Shown piece by piece: positions 51,867 to 61,293 of a DNA stretch of 64,000 nt. The position numbers and the translations under genes were made by a program. This DNA is from Candidatus Limnocylindrales bacterium (lineage in GTDB: Bacteria; Chloroflexota; Limnocylindria; Limnocylindrales; CSP1-4). The stretch's first letter is position 1. Every line of letters starts with the position of its first letter. Under the pieces are notes generated by a model. The model made no database searches, was not told where the DNA came from, and was given only the letters and a program-made list of their open reading frames with translations. The stretch is taken from assembly GCA_038915815.1 (NCBI GenBank), contig JBCLCL010000003.1:7015-71014 (forward strand), in the 5' to 3' direction.

Positions 51867-53927
51867 GTGGCACGCGACTGGCCGATCTTCGGGCGCGATG
51901 GCGACGGCGTGGCCTGGCGGCCCGACGGCGAGTCCCTCCGTGAGTCGCACCTGGCTCGATTCCTTCGCGCCACGGGCGAGCGCTCGCTCGAGTCCCTCCA
52001 GGCGCGTGCCGTGGCCGACCCGGGCTGGTTCTGGGGCGCGGCCGCGGAGGACCTGGGGATCGCCTGGGGCGGACGGCCCAGCTCCATCCTCGACGCGAGC
52101 CGTGGTCCAGCCTGGGCTCGCTGGTGGTCCGGCGGGGACCTGAACCACGCCCGAGCCGCGCTCGAGCCCCGGGTCGGCCGGGACCCTGACGGCCCCGCGC
52201 TGGCTTGGGAAGGCGAGGACGGCGAGGTCCGCCGTGTGACCAATGCCGGTCTGGCCACGGCCGTCGAGACCGCGACCCGCCGCCTGCATGCGCTGGGCGT
52301 GCGCCCGGGCGACCGGGTCGGGATCCTGCTGCCGATGCTCATCGAGACGGTCGTGGCGGTCCTGGCCCTCGGTCGGCTGCGGGCCATCTTCACGCCGATC
52401 TTCTCGGGCTACGCGGCGCCGGCCATCGCCGCACGACTGGCCGACTGCGAGGCGTCGGTCCTCATCACCGCCGACGGGTTCCTCCGGCGCGGTTCGTGGG
52501 TCCCGCTGAAGGCGGTCGCCGACGAGGCAGTGGCCGCGGCGCCCTCGGTCCGGCGGGTCGTCGTCGTCCGGCGGGCCGGCGACGCCATCGCCGTCCGGTG
52601 GGTGGAGGGCCGCGACGCCTGGTGGCACGCGCCGGTCGCCGGCGAGGACGAGCCGGCCGAGCCGGCCGAGCCGGCCGAGCCGGCCGAGCCGGCCGAGCCG
52701 GCCGGGCCGGTCGGGCCGGTCGTGGACGCACCCACGGACCCCGAGACCCCCTACATGCTGATCTACACCTCGGGGACGAGCGGCCGGCCCAAGGGCGCGG
52801 TCCACGTCCACGGCGGTTTCCCGATCAAGGCCGCGCAGGATCTCGCTCACCAGTTCGACCTGGGCCGTGGCGACACGCTCTTCTGGTTCACCGACCTCGG
52901 CTGGATGATGGGTCCGTGGGCGATCTCCGGCGCCCTGCTGCGCGGCGCCCAGCTCGTGCTCTATGAGGGCGCGCCAGACTTCCCCGGCCCGGACCGCCTC
53001 TGGTCCATCGTCGCTCGCCACCGGATCACCCATCTCGGCCTGGCGCCGACCGTGATCCGGGCGTTGATGGCGCACGGTGAGGAGCCCGTCCGCGCCCACG
53101 ATCGCTCCTCGCTCCGGGTCCTCGGCTCGACCGGCGAACCGTGGAACCCGGACCCATGGTGGTGGTATTTCCGGGTCGTCGGCGAGGGCCGCTGCCCGAT
53201 CATCAACTACTCGGGCGGGACGGAGGTCTCGGGCGGCATCGTCGGTGGCAACGTCCTGGGGCCGATCAAGCCGGCGTCGTTCTCGGGACCGTGCATCGGG
53301 ACGGCCGCCGACGTGGTGGACGAGGCCGGAGGTTCCCTGCGCGGCACGGTCGGCGAGCTGGCCATCCGGGCCCCGATGCCGGGCATGACCCGAGGCTTCT
53401 GGCGGGACGACGAGGGCCGCTACGAATCGACCTACTGGGCGCGCATCCCCGGGACGTGGGTCCATGGCGACTGGGCGGTGGTGGATCGGGATGGCTTCTG
53501 GTACATCCATGGCCGGAGCGACGACACCCTCAAGATCGCCGGCAAGCGAGTCGGGCCGGCCGAGGTCGAGAGTGCGGCGATCGCCCATCCCGCCGTGCTC
53601 GAGGCGGCGGCCATCGGCGTCCCGCACGAGATCAAGGGTGAGGTCGTGGTCGTCCTGGTCGTGCTCCACCCGGGCCAGACCGACGATCCGGACCTGCGCG
53701 CATCGATCGGTGCGACCGTCGCGACTCAGCTCGGGAAACCGCTCAGGCCGGAGCGGGTGGCGGTGGTCCCGAGCCTCCCCAGGACCCGATCCGGCAAGGT
53801 CATGCGCCGGGCGATCAGGGCCGCCTGGCTCGGCCTGGATCCGGGCGACCTATCCGGTCTGGACGACCCACGAGCACTCGAGGCGATCCGCGCGGTCGCC
53901 ACGGCCCATGAAGGAGGCAGCGCCTGA
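51867..53927 (+). CDS. AMP-forming acyl-CoA synthetase (acetoacetyl-CoA/acetyl-CoA synthetase-like) with internal (EPA)n insertion
   Basis: GTG 51867. ACS N-terminal domain. AMP-binding motif YTSGTSGRPKG, GWMMGPW, LKIAGKRVGPAEVES. 9-bp in-frame tandem repeat at 52650-52721. Confidence 0.85.
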   Translation: MARDWPIFGRDGDGVAWRPDGESLRESHLARFLRATGERSLESLQARAVADPGWFWGAAAEDLGIAWGGRPSSILDASRGPAWARWWSGGDLNHARAALEPRVGRDPDGPALAWEGEDGEVRRVTNAGLATAVETATRRLHALGVRPGDRVGILLPMLIETVVAVLALGRLRAIFTPIFSGYAAPAIAARLADCEASVLITADGFLRRGSWVPLKAVADEAVAAAPSVRRVVVVRRAGDAIAVRWVEGRDAWWHAPVAGEDEPAEPAEPAEPAEPAEPAGPVGPVVDAPTDPETPYMLIYTSGTSGRPKGAVHVHGGFPIKAAQDLAHQFDLGRGDTLFWFTDLGWMMGPWAISGALLRGAQLVLYEGAPDFPGPDRLWSIVARHRITHLGLAPTVIRALMAHGEEPVRAHDRSSLRVLGSTGEPWNPDPWWWYFRVVGEGRCPIINYSGGTEVSGGIVGGNVLGPIKPASFSGPCIGTAADVVDEAGGSLRGTVGELAIRAPMPGMTRGFWRDDEGRYESTYWARIPGTWVHGDWAVVDRDGFWYIHGRSDDTLKIAGKRVGPAEVESAAIAHPAVLEAAAIGVPHEIKGEVVVVLVVLHPGQTDDPDLRASIGATVATQLGKPLRPERVAVVPSLPRTRSGKVMRRAIRAAWLGLDPGDLSGLDDPRALEAIRAVATAHEGGSA

Positions 53928-54403
53928 TGGAGACCGAGACGACAGCGCCCGAGCGCGACATCGTGAGCTGGGACGACCTGGACCGCCTGATCGCAGCCCT
54001 GGCCGAGCGACTGGCCAGCGAACCGTTCGACCTGATGCTCGCCATCACCCGCGGCGGGCTGGTCCCGGCCGGCATGCTGGCCTACCGATTGCGCATCCGG
54101 AACATCGTCGTGGCAGCGGTGGAGTTCTACGACGACCACGGCCAGCCCGGCCCCCATCCGACCTTCCTCCAGTTCCCCGCGGATCCGCTGCTGCGCGGGC
54201 AGCGGGTCCTCGTCGTCGACGAGGTCTGGGACAGCGGCACCACGATCCGGGCGGTCACCGAGCGGGTCCGCCAGGCCGGCGGGATCCCGACGACCGCGGT
54301 CCTTCACTGGAAGCCGGCCCGCTCGCTCATGCCCGGCGCGCCCGACGTGCACGCCGTCTCCCCGGACGCCTGGGTCGTCTATCCGTTCAAGGCCGGCGGC
54401 TGA
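53927..54403 (+). CDS. Phosphoribosyltransferase (xanthine-guanine PRT-like)
   Basis: PRPP-binding motif VLVVDEVWDSGTT. 158 aa. TGATG overlap with the upstream stop. Confidence 0.8.
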   Translation: METETTAPERDIVSWDDLDRLIAALAERLASEPFDLMLAITRGGLVPAGMLAYRLRIRNIVVAAVEFYDDHGQPGPHPTFLQFPADPLLRGQRVLVVDEVWDSGTTIRAVTERVRQAGGIPTTAVLHWKPARSLMPGAPDVHAVSPDAWVVYPFKAGG

Positions 54404-54457
54404 TATCGTCCGGTCGATCGCGATGCGGTTCGGCGCGACTGGTCGCTCCGGAGGCCG

Positions 54458-54846
54458 ATGTGTGGGGGCATCGGGATCCACGGCCTCATCGTGGAACCGG
54501 CGAGCGGGCGATCCTGGCGGCCGGCAGCAGCCCCTGGTTCGGCGAGGTGGTCTGGTGGAGCGACGATCTCGGCGAGACCTGGAGCCATTCCTCGGCGGGT
54601 CTGGCCTACGGCGACCACGGTCCGTCGATGCGCGCTGTCTGGAGCCTGGCGGCGACCGACTCGACCCTGTTCGCCGGCGTGGAGCCGGCCGGCCTCTTCC
54701 GAAGCGCGGACGGCGGCGCCACGCGGTCTCGGGCGGCTGAGTCGTCGCGCGGTCGAGGTGCCTCCGAGGCGCCTGGCCGGCGGCCGACCGAGTCGCACGG
54801 CTGGCGGCGGACCGAGTCGCCTGATCGGCGGCCGAACCGCGCCTAG
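54458..54846 (+). pseudogene. Frameshifted fragment of a BNR/Asp-box repeat (sialidase/Ycf48-like) protein
   Basis: MCGGIGIHGLIVEPAS in one frame, then a +1 shift into AILAAGSSPWFGEVVWWSDDLGETWSHSS...LFRSADGGAT (Asp-box SxDxGxTW-like). Only ~100 codons. Confidence 0.35.
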
Positions 54847-55125
54847 CCCAAGCGCCTCGACCCGGCGGTATCGCTGACAACGTTGTGTGAGGGGGTAGCA
54901 GCGGCCCAAGGGACGCGGTCGGCCGCGCATCGGGCGTGGATGGGCTCCAAGGAGGAGTGGACAAGCGTGGATTCGGTCTGCCGCAAGTCTGTCCGCGGCT
55001 CATCGCTCAGCCTATCGCCCTGGATACCCAGAACCAAACGGTACCGGCGATATCGGGGTTGGCAAGCCCGCCGAACACCCTCATGCCGGTCGGTCACGCA
55101 ACCGCGCGCCGTCGCGGCGCCGCGC

Positions 55126-56769
55126 TCAGCCGCGCGGGCCCAGCCTGGACTCGAACGGGTCGAACCCCTCGGTCCGCTCAGCGACGGCGTCGCGTCCACC
55201 ACCCGCCGCCCGTCCTGCGCCCGGCCCGTCGCCGGCAACCGTTCGCCAGCCCTGGTCGGCAAGTTGCTCCAGCGTGGCCATGGCGGCGCCGACCATGGAT
55301 CGCGCGTGCTCGAGCGCGAGCCCGGTCAACTCGCCGGGGCGCGTCGCCGCGGCGATCTCTGACGCGATGGCCGAGCCTGCACGGAGGCCCCGGGCCGCCT
55401 CGCCATCCCCGTCTGACCCGGGATCGTAGCGGCGCAGGATGACGGCCACGTCGCCGGCATGGACGGCGACCGCAGCGTGCAGATATGGCCAGACGACCGA
55501 GCCGGCCTGGCCGGGCGGCGGCTCCACGAACACGAAGGGATGACCCGGGAAGAGCGCCCGCCGGACCGCGACCTCGGCGATCGCCTGGGCGGCTGGCGCC
55601 GGTTCGTCGGTCACCCAGGGTGGCAGGGCGCCCAGGACGATCTGATCTGCCGGCAACCCATCGCTGCGAGCGAGGGCCACCCCGATGAGCTGGAGGGCCA
55701 TGGCCCGACCCGCACGCGTCGCCGGATCCGACGGAACGCCGGCCGACAGGTCCGGTGCGACGACCAGCGGCCCCGCCCCGATCACGACCCCGGTCCCGGC
55801 CCGGAGCGCGATCCGGTGCGCGAAGGCGTGGTCGGCCAGCGCGCGATCTGGCTCGACACCGTCCGCCACGATCTCGGCGATGGCGTCGGACGCGATGAGA
55901 TCGATCCGCTCGAAGGCTGCCACCACCGCGCCCTCCGGCGCTCCGAGCGCCGGCAGCACGGTCGCCAGGCGGACGTATCCATGGCGCTCGGCGGAGGCGC
56001 GATCCACCGCCAGGCGAAGCATCGCCAGCGCGCGCTGGCTGCCGATCGGGGCGGGATCCGCGAGTTCGCGGCCGGGCGCGCCCCGGGCTCCCTCGCGAGG
56101 CCGCCACTCGGGCGCCTCCAGACCGGCCTCGCCCAGGCGCGTCGCCAGCTCTCGCCCGATCGGCACTTCGATCTGGATCAGGTCCAGGCCGGCGGCGATC
56201 AACGCGGCCGCTTCATGGATGGCCAGGTCCTCGTCGGGCTGGCCGAGGGTCGTACCCAGCCATGGCCGGGGCGCGTCGCCGACGATCGTCATGGTCTCGT
56301 CGCGGACGGTCCGTTCGGCATCGATCCGGTCGATGGCCGCGCTCGCCAGACGGCGAGCCTCCATCTCGGCGACGGCGCGCCGATCCGGCTCGCGCAGGAG
56401 GGCGGCCTCCAGCCCAAGATCCACGGCGCCCGACGCCACGTCGAGCGCCAGCTGTTGTGGATCGAGGTCGTATTCGAGCAGCGCCATCGCGAACGGCAGG
56501 GCGATCCCGCTGCCGAGCCGACGCCGGTCGGCGGCCAGCCAGCGGTCGACGGTCGATCCGGCCAGCGGGCGACCGACCGTATCCAGCCCGGAGACACCGA
56601 AGAGGCGAAGGATGGCGCGCTCCTGGCCGACCGTCGTGGACGCACGGGCGCGCGCGCCCCAGGCACCCGCGAGGGCCTCGGCCTGGGTGTGAAGCCGATC
56701 GAGCGGACCCCACGCTTCGGCGCCGCTGGAGCGTGCCGGCCCGCCGGCGCCGGCCCCGGCCCCGGTCAC
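55126..56769 (-). CDS. Lysine 5,6-aminomutase alpha-subunit (KamD)-like TIM-barrel protein, no adjacent B12-binding partner
   Basis: By-eye alignment of the ILRLFGVSGLDTV and GYVRLATVLPAL regions to KamD, recalled from memory. 547 aa. Confidence 0.6.
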   Translation of the reverse strand: MTGAGAGAGGPARSSGAEAWGPLDRLHTQAEALAGAWGARARASTTVGQERAILRLFGVSGLDTVGRPLAGSTVDRWLAADRRRLGSGIALPFAMALLEYDLDPQQLALDVASGAVDLGLEAALLREPDRRAVAEMEARRLASAAIDRIDAERTVRDETMTIVGDAPRPWLGTTLGQPDEDLAIHEAAALIAAGLDLIQIEVPIGRELATRLGEAGLEAPEWRPREGARGAPGRELADPAPIGSQRALAMLRLAVDRASAERHGYVRLATVLPALGAPEGAVVAAFERIDLIASDAIAEIVADGVEPDRALADHAFAHRIALRAGTGVVIGAGPLVVAPDLSAGVPSDPATRAGRAMALQLIGVALARSDGLPADQIVLGALPPWVTDEPAPAAQAIAEVAVRRALFPGHPFVFVEPPPGQAGSVVWPYLHAAVAVHAGDVAVILRRYDPGSDGDGEAARGLRAGSAIASEIAAATRPGELTGLALEHARSMVGAAMATLEQLADQGWRTVAGDGPGAGRAAGGGRDAVAERTEGFDPFESRLGPRG

Positions 56770-57962
56770 GACGGCAGCCGCCCGGCCGTCCGCAGGAGCT
56801 CGAGCGTCCGCTCGACCGGCAGGCCCGGGGCGACGTGGCCGTCCCGCCCCTCCACGGTATCGGCCCGGAAGAGCGAGTCGAGGACGGCCGCCTCGGTCGC
56901 CTCGACCACCGCCGCAAAGAAGGGATCGAGGTACTCGTCGTCGATCAGCTCGACGGTCCGCAGCGCGGCCCCCGCGCCGCGCGGGATGCGCGTCCCGGTC
57001 GAGAAGGCCAGGAAGATCTCGCCCGAACCGTGACCCACGGTCGAGCCGGTTCGCGCCAGTCCCAGGCCGGCGCGCCGCGCCAGGCGCTCCAGGGCGTGCC
57101 CAAGGAGGGGAGCATCGGTCGCCACGACCACGACACAGCTGCCTCGTTCACGCTCGCGGCGAGCCCCGGCGTCGGGCCAGCCGTCGGCGACCAGCGCCTC
57201 GCCGACCCGGACGCCATCCACCGTCAGCCGCTCGAGCCGGCCGAAGTTGGTCAAGGCCAGGACGCCGATGGTGTAGGTCGGCGCGCTCGTGCCCAGGCCA
57301 TTTCTGCGGTGGCCGGCCGTCGCCCGCAGGGCCCGTCGGTCGATCGGCTGGACCACGCGCGAGGCGGTGCCGATGCCGCCCTTCAGTTCGTGGCAGATCA
57401 TCCCGGTCCCGGCCCCGACCGCGCCGCCCGCCGTGGGCCCGGCCTCGGCGCCAACTGCCGCGGCAAGTGCCGCTCGCACGTCCGCGTCGTCAACCTGGAC
57501 CTGGCGCGACGCGTTGAGCCAGCCGTCGTCACATTCGGCCACGACCGGCATCAGGGCATCGTCGTCACCGGCCAGGTCGTCCAGCCGGACGAGCTCCGCG
57601 ACCGCTGCGTCGTAGACCCGACCGATGGCCATCGAGCTGGTCAGGAAGATCGGGCTCTCCAGCGTCCCCCACTCCCCGATGCTCGTGATCCCGATCGCCT
57701 CGCCAGCTCCATTAAGGACGGCCGCACCGGCCGGGACGCGCGAGCGGAAGAGCTCGCCGACACCGAACGGCACGATCGCGGTCACCCCGGTCCGGGCGAC
57801 CCCGCGGCCGTCCGGTGGCGGCGGCTCGTCGCGCCAGACGGTCCGGTGGCCGACCCGGACGTTCGCCACGTCCACGATCGAATCGGTCGGTCCGGGTGGC
57901 AGCGTTCCGATCCGGATCCCGAAGTCGCCGGGGCGTTGACGGGCGGGCGGTGGCGACGACAC
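56766..57962 (-). CDS. DmpA/OAT-fold aminopeptidase (peptidase S58, D-aminopeptidase/L-aminopeptidase family)
   Basis: Self-processing GS/T site context (LGTSAPTYTIG...TNFG) and DmpA-type core. 398 aa. Confidence 0.7.
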   Translation of the reverse strand: MSSPPPARQRPGDFGIRIGTLPPGPTDSIVDVANVRVGHRTVWRDEPPPPDGRGVARTGVTAIVPFGVGELFRSRVPAGAAVLNGAGEAIGITSIGEWGTLESPIFLTSSMAIGRVYDAAVAELVRLDDLAGDDDALMPVVAECDDGWLNASRQVQVDDADVRAALAAAVGAEAGPTAGGAVGAGTGMICHELKGGIGTASRVVQPIDRRALRATAGHRRNGLGTSAPTYTIGVLALTNFGRLERLTVDGVRVGEALVADGWPDAGARRERERGSCVVVVATDAPLLGHALERLARRAGLGLARTGSTVGHGSGEIFLAFSTGTRIPRGAGAALRTVELIDDEYLDPFFAAVVEATEAAVLDSLFRADTVEGRDGHVAPGLPVERTLELLRTAGRLPS

Positions 57963-57987
57963 CGCGACAGTATGGCCTGACGAGCCG

Positions 57988-58060
57988 CTGTCGAGTTCAG
58001 TCGAGTTCAGTCGAGTTCAGTCGAGTTCTCGAGCTCAGTCGAGCTCTCGAGCTCGGTCGA
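57988..58060 (+). repeat. Tandem repeat: tcgagttcag x4 followed by degenerate tcgagctc copies
   Basis: Perfect 10-bp copies at 57991-58020, then variant copies to ~58060. Overlaps the 3' end (stop 58035) of the DppA-like gene. Confidence 0.85.
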
Positions 58061-58880
58061 TCCCGCCGGCCAGCCGGTTCCCCGCGAGGAAGCCCCGAAA
58101 GGCCATGACCGGATCGTCCGAGCTGAAGCGGACGCTTCGATCGCCGAACCGCTCGGCCCCGGGCACGATCGCCGCGAAGTCGGCCTGGACCCCGCGGGCG
58201 TAATCGACCTCGATGACGATGGGCGGCCCCACCTGGAGGAGCCTGAGCTCCCCGGTGGCGGCGCGGCGGACGGCTCGCTCCGCCCCGGCCCGCACGAGAT
58301 CCGCGGCGACGGCTGGATGGAGCGACGCGGCCGACCTTCCCCCGGTGGCCGTCTTGACCACCACCCGCTCGGCCCACGGCAGCCAGCCCTCGACCTCCGC
58401 GGCGACCGCGTCGTCGCCGGCGACCAGGCCGACGGGCACGCCCCACGCCCCCAGCGCGACGGCGTTCAGGCCGTACTCGCCCGTCGGTCGGCCGTCCAGC
58501 CGCGTCTCGACCGGCGCGCCGGAATAGGTGTGCGCGATCGTCCCGGACGGATGGCCGGCGCGGGCGTGATAGCCGACGAAGAGGGCGACCGCGAAGCCGG
58601 CGTCGGGCCCTGCGCCGGCGATCATCGACCAGGGCTTCTGGCCCTGCAGCAGCCGCGCCGCGCGGTGGATCCGGTCGGGCAGCAGGTTGTACATCTCGCC
58701 GTGGCTGTCGTTGACCAGGATCTCCGTGGCACCGCCGGCCAGCGCGCCCTCGATCGCTGCGTTGGTCTCGCGGATCATCAGGTCCACGGCGTCCGGGTAG
58801 CGCGCGTGCTTCTGCCCGGTCGGACCCGGATGGTTGACGCCGGCGATGCCTTCCATGTCCACGCTCAGGTAGACCTTCAC
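58035..58880 (-). CDS. D-aminopeptidase DppA (peptidase M55 family)
   Basis: MKVYLSVDMEGIAGV is the hallmark M55 N-terminus. 281 aa. Confidence 0.8.
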   Translation of the reverse strand: MKVYLSVDMEGIAGVNHPGPTGQKHARYPDAVDLMIRETNAAIEGALAGGATEILVNDSHGEMYNLLPDRIHRAARLLQGQKPWSMIAGAGPDAGFAVALFVGYHARAGHPSGTIAHTYSGAPVETRLDGRPTGEYGLNAVALGAWGVPVGLVAGDDAVAAEVEGWLPWAERVVVKTATGGRSAASLHPAVAADLVRAGAERAVRRAATGELRLLQVGPPIVIEVDYARGVQADFAAIVPGAERFGDRSVRFSSDDPVMAFRGFLAGNRLAGGIDRARELD

Positions 58881-59707
58881 GTTCCCTCCTCGATCGCCGC
58901 GGGTCCGGTTCGAGCCTGGTGGCCGATCCAGACATGCCCGTCGGCGAATCGCTCGGCCTTCCAGATCGGCGCGCGCGCCTTGGTCTCGTCGATCGCGTAG
59001 CGGGCGGCCGCGAAGGCGGCGTCCCGATGCGGGGCGGCGGCCCCGACCGCGATGGAGGGCTCGCCCAGTGGGACCTCGCCGGTCCGATGGACGATCGCCA
59101 GCCGCTCCACGCCGAACCGGGTCGCCGCTTCATCGGCGATCGCGGCCAGGACTGAGAGCGCCATGGAATCGTGGGCCTCGTAGTCGAGGGCCTCGACCGC
59201 GCGGCCGGCGTGGCGCGCCGCCTCCGCCTCCTGCCCGGGGGCGGGAGTCCCGGGCGTGGAACGCGTCCTCCCAAGGAACCCGACGAATGCGCCGTCCTCC
59301 GGCACGGCCAGCCGGTCGGCCAGCTCGGCCAGGATGGCGGCGCTGAACGGGGTCTCGCGCAGCTCGAGGATTCGGCGGGGGGCTGCGGCGCCGGCGTCCG
59401 CGGCCTCGTGGCCGGAGGCGCCGGCGTCCGCGGCGCCGCTCGCGGCCTCGCCCGTCGCTCCGCCCGAGACCGGCGGGATCATCGCCACCTCGTCGCCGTC
59501 GGCGAGCCGGGTCGAGGGCTCGGCGTAGTCCCCGTTCCGCGCGAAGCGAAGCGAGCTGCGACCCGGGGCGAGGACCGGGTGCCGCGCCACCAGGGCGCTC
59601 CAGGCCGCCTCGACATCGGAACCGTCCGGGAGCTCCAAGCGCACCTCACGCGCACCGGCCAGCTCCCGCTGGATGGCGAAGAGGCGGATCCGGACCGCGA
59701 TGATCAT
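58877..59707 (-). CDS. Molybdopterin synthase MoaD-MoaE fusion (MoaX-like)
   Basis: N-terminal MoaD beta-grasp ending ...MIPPVSGG. Gly/Ala-rich linker. C-terminal MoaE (ILELRETPFS...HRTGEVPLGEPSIAVGAAAPHRDAAF). Start ATG 59707 (MIIAVRIRLFA). The upstream part of the track ORF is not coding. Confidence 0.7.
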   Translation of the reverse strand: MIIAVRIRLFAIQRELAGAREVRLELPDGSDVEAAWSALVARHPVLAPGRSSLRFARNGDYAEPSTRLADGDEVAMIPPVSGGATGEAASGAADAGASGHEAADAGAAAPRRILELRETPFSAAILAELADRLAVPEDGAFVGFLGRTRSTPGTPAPGQEAEAARHAGRAVEALDYEAHDSMALSVLAAIADEAATRFGVERLAIVHRTGEVPLGEPSIAVGAAAPHRDAAFAAARYAIDETKARAPIWKAERFADGHVWIGHQARTGPAAIEEGT

Positions 59708-59723
59708 GGCACGTCCCGTCCCG

Positions 59724-60392
59724 TCAGCCGCGCCAGGCCGCGACGAGCAAGCCGTCGCCGACCGGCAGGATCGTGGCACTGAACCGCGAATCGGCCAGGA
59801 CGGCGGCATCGAAGGCGCGGAGGGCGTCCGTGTTCGCGTCCCTCGCGGCCACGGGACGAGCACCGGAGACTCGCCCGCTCCACAGGACGTTGTCGGCGAC
59901 GACCAGCGCGCCCGGCGTGAGCCGGCCGACCAGCGCCTCGAGATAGGCGCCGTACTCGGGCTTGAGCGCGTCGATGAAGACGAGATCGAACGGACCCGCG
60001 AGCGCGGGCTCACCGGCCGCGAGGGCGTCGAGCGCCGGGACGTTGACGACGGTGATCCGCTCGTCGGCGATGCCGGCCTGGCGCCACCAGCCGCGGGCGA
60101 GATCGGTTCGCGACCGGTCCGGATCGATCGTCACGATCGTGCCGTCGGGCGGCTGGCCGAGCGCCAGCCAGAGCGTGGAGTAGCCGTAGGCGGTGCCGAC
60201 CTCGACGATCCGCCGCCGACCGGCGGCAAGCACCGAGAGGACGCGGCCGCTGTCTCGGTCCACGATCGGGATCCCGTCCGGCCCGGCCGCGGCCTCGATC
60301 GCCGCCAGCGCGGGTGAGAGCGGCGTCGCGATCGACTCGATCCAGTCGAGATCGACGCCGCCCGGGATCCAGCCCTGATCGCTTTTGCTCAT
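59724..60392 (-). CDS. Class I SAM-dependent O-methyltransferase (family 3, caffeoyl-CoA OMT-like)
   Basis: VEVGTAYGYSTLWLA SAM-binding motif, DLVFIDALK, VVADNVLWSG. Confidence 0.75.
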   Translation of the reverse strand: MSKSDQGWIPGGVDLDWIESIATPLSPALAAIEAAAGPDGIPIVDRDSGRVLSVLAAGRRRIVEVGTAYGYSTLWLALGQPPDGTIVTIDPDRSRTDLARGWWRQAGIADERITVVNVPALDALAAGEPALAGPFDLVFIDALKPEYGAYLEALVGRLTPGALVVADNVLWSGRVSGARPVAARDANTDALRAFDAAVLADSRFSATILPVGDGLLVAAWRG

Positions 60393-60402
60393 GGTCTGCT
60401 CC

Positions 60403-61242
60403 TCATACCAGCAATCCGGCACCGAAATAGAGGCCCGCCGCCAGGATCGTCCCGGCCGCGATCGACCCGACGTTGATGTAGAGCAGCCCGGTCGCCGATT
60501 CCATCGAGCGCGAGCGTGCCGTCTGGACCGCCGCCCACGATACGACCAGCGGGAAGATCAGGCCGACGATCAGGCGCAGCCAGACGAACAGCGCCCACGG
60601 TCCGGTGAGCGCGGAGAATGGGGGCCCGCCGGCCGGGCCCGCGCCGGTCGCGACCCACGCCCAGAAGAGCACGACCTGGAGTGCCACGACGGCCAGCAGG
60701 CTCCGGGCGAGCAGGATGAGCGGCGCCTCGGGGAGCTTGGGCGTGACGAGGTACCAGTGGCCCAGGATCATCGCCGCGAAGACACCGCCCGTGGCCGCGC
60801 AGACGATGAGGAGCTGGATCAGCAGGCCCACGGCGCCGAGCGGGCCACCACCCCACCCGAGGGAGCCGAACAGGAGGGTCGCGCCGGCCGCGGCGAGGGC
60901 CACCCACTCGACGGCCCGTGCCGCCGGAGGCGCGACCCGGCGAGCGATGAGACCCGCGGCGGCAAGGATGCAGAAGGCCGCCAGCGCCACGCCCCGTGGG
61001 CCGTCCCAGGCGGGGTCCACCACGACCGGCGAATCGCCGAGCGTCGTCGGCAGGGTGCCGTCGGAGAGCCAGGCCAGGATCCCGAACCCGGTGGCGCAGG
61101 CCGTCACAAAGCCGAGGTAGCCGCCGGTCGCGCTGGTCCTGTGGCGGAGCAGGACGACCGCGGCGTAGGACCCCATGGCGAGCCCGGTCAGCACGGTCCA
61201 GTTCACAAAGACGAGGTTCTGGGCGATCTGTGTGGCTGGCAC
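60403..61242 (-). CDS. Hypothetical integral membrane protein (~7 TM)
   Basis: Continuous hydrophobic helices, codon bias consistent. Start GTG 61242 (or ATG 61176). No domain recognised. Confidence 0.5.
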   Translation of the reverse strand: MPATQIAQNLVFVNWTVLTGLAMGSYAAVVLLRHRTSATGGYLGFVTACATGFGILAWLSDGTLPTTLGDSPVVVDPAWDGPRGVALAAFCILAAAGLIARRVAPPAARAVEWVALAAAGATLLFGSLGWGGGPLGAVGLLIQLLIVCAATGGVFAAMILGHWYLVTPKLPEAPLILLARSLLAVVALQVVLFWAWVATGAGPAGGPPFSALTGPWALFVWLRLIVGLIFPLVVSWAAVQTARSRSMESATGLLYINVGSIAAGTILAAGLYFGAGLLV

Positions 61243-61293
61243 GCACGCGAGTGTAGCCGCGTTGCTAGCATCACCCGTGGAGGTGCCTGCGCG

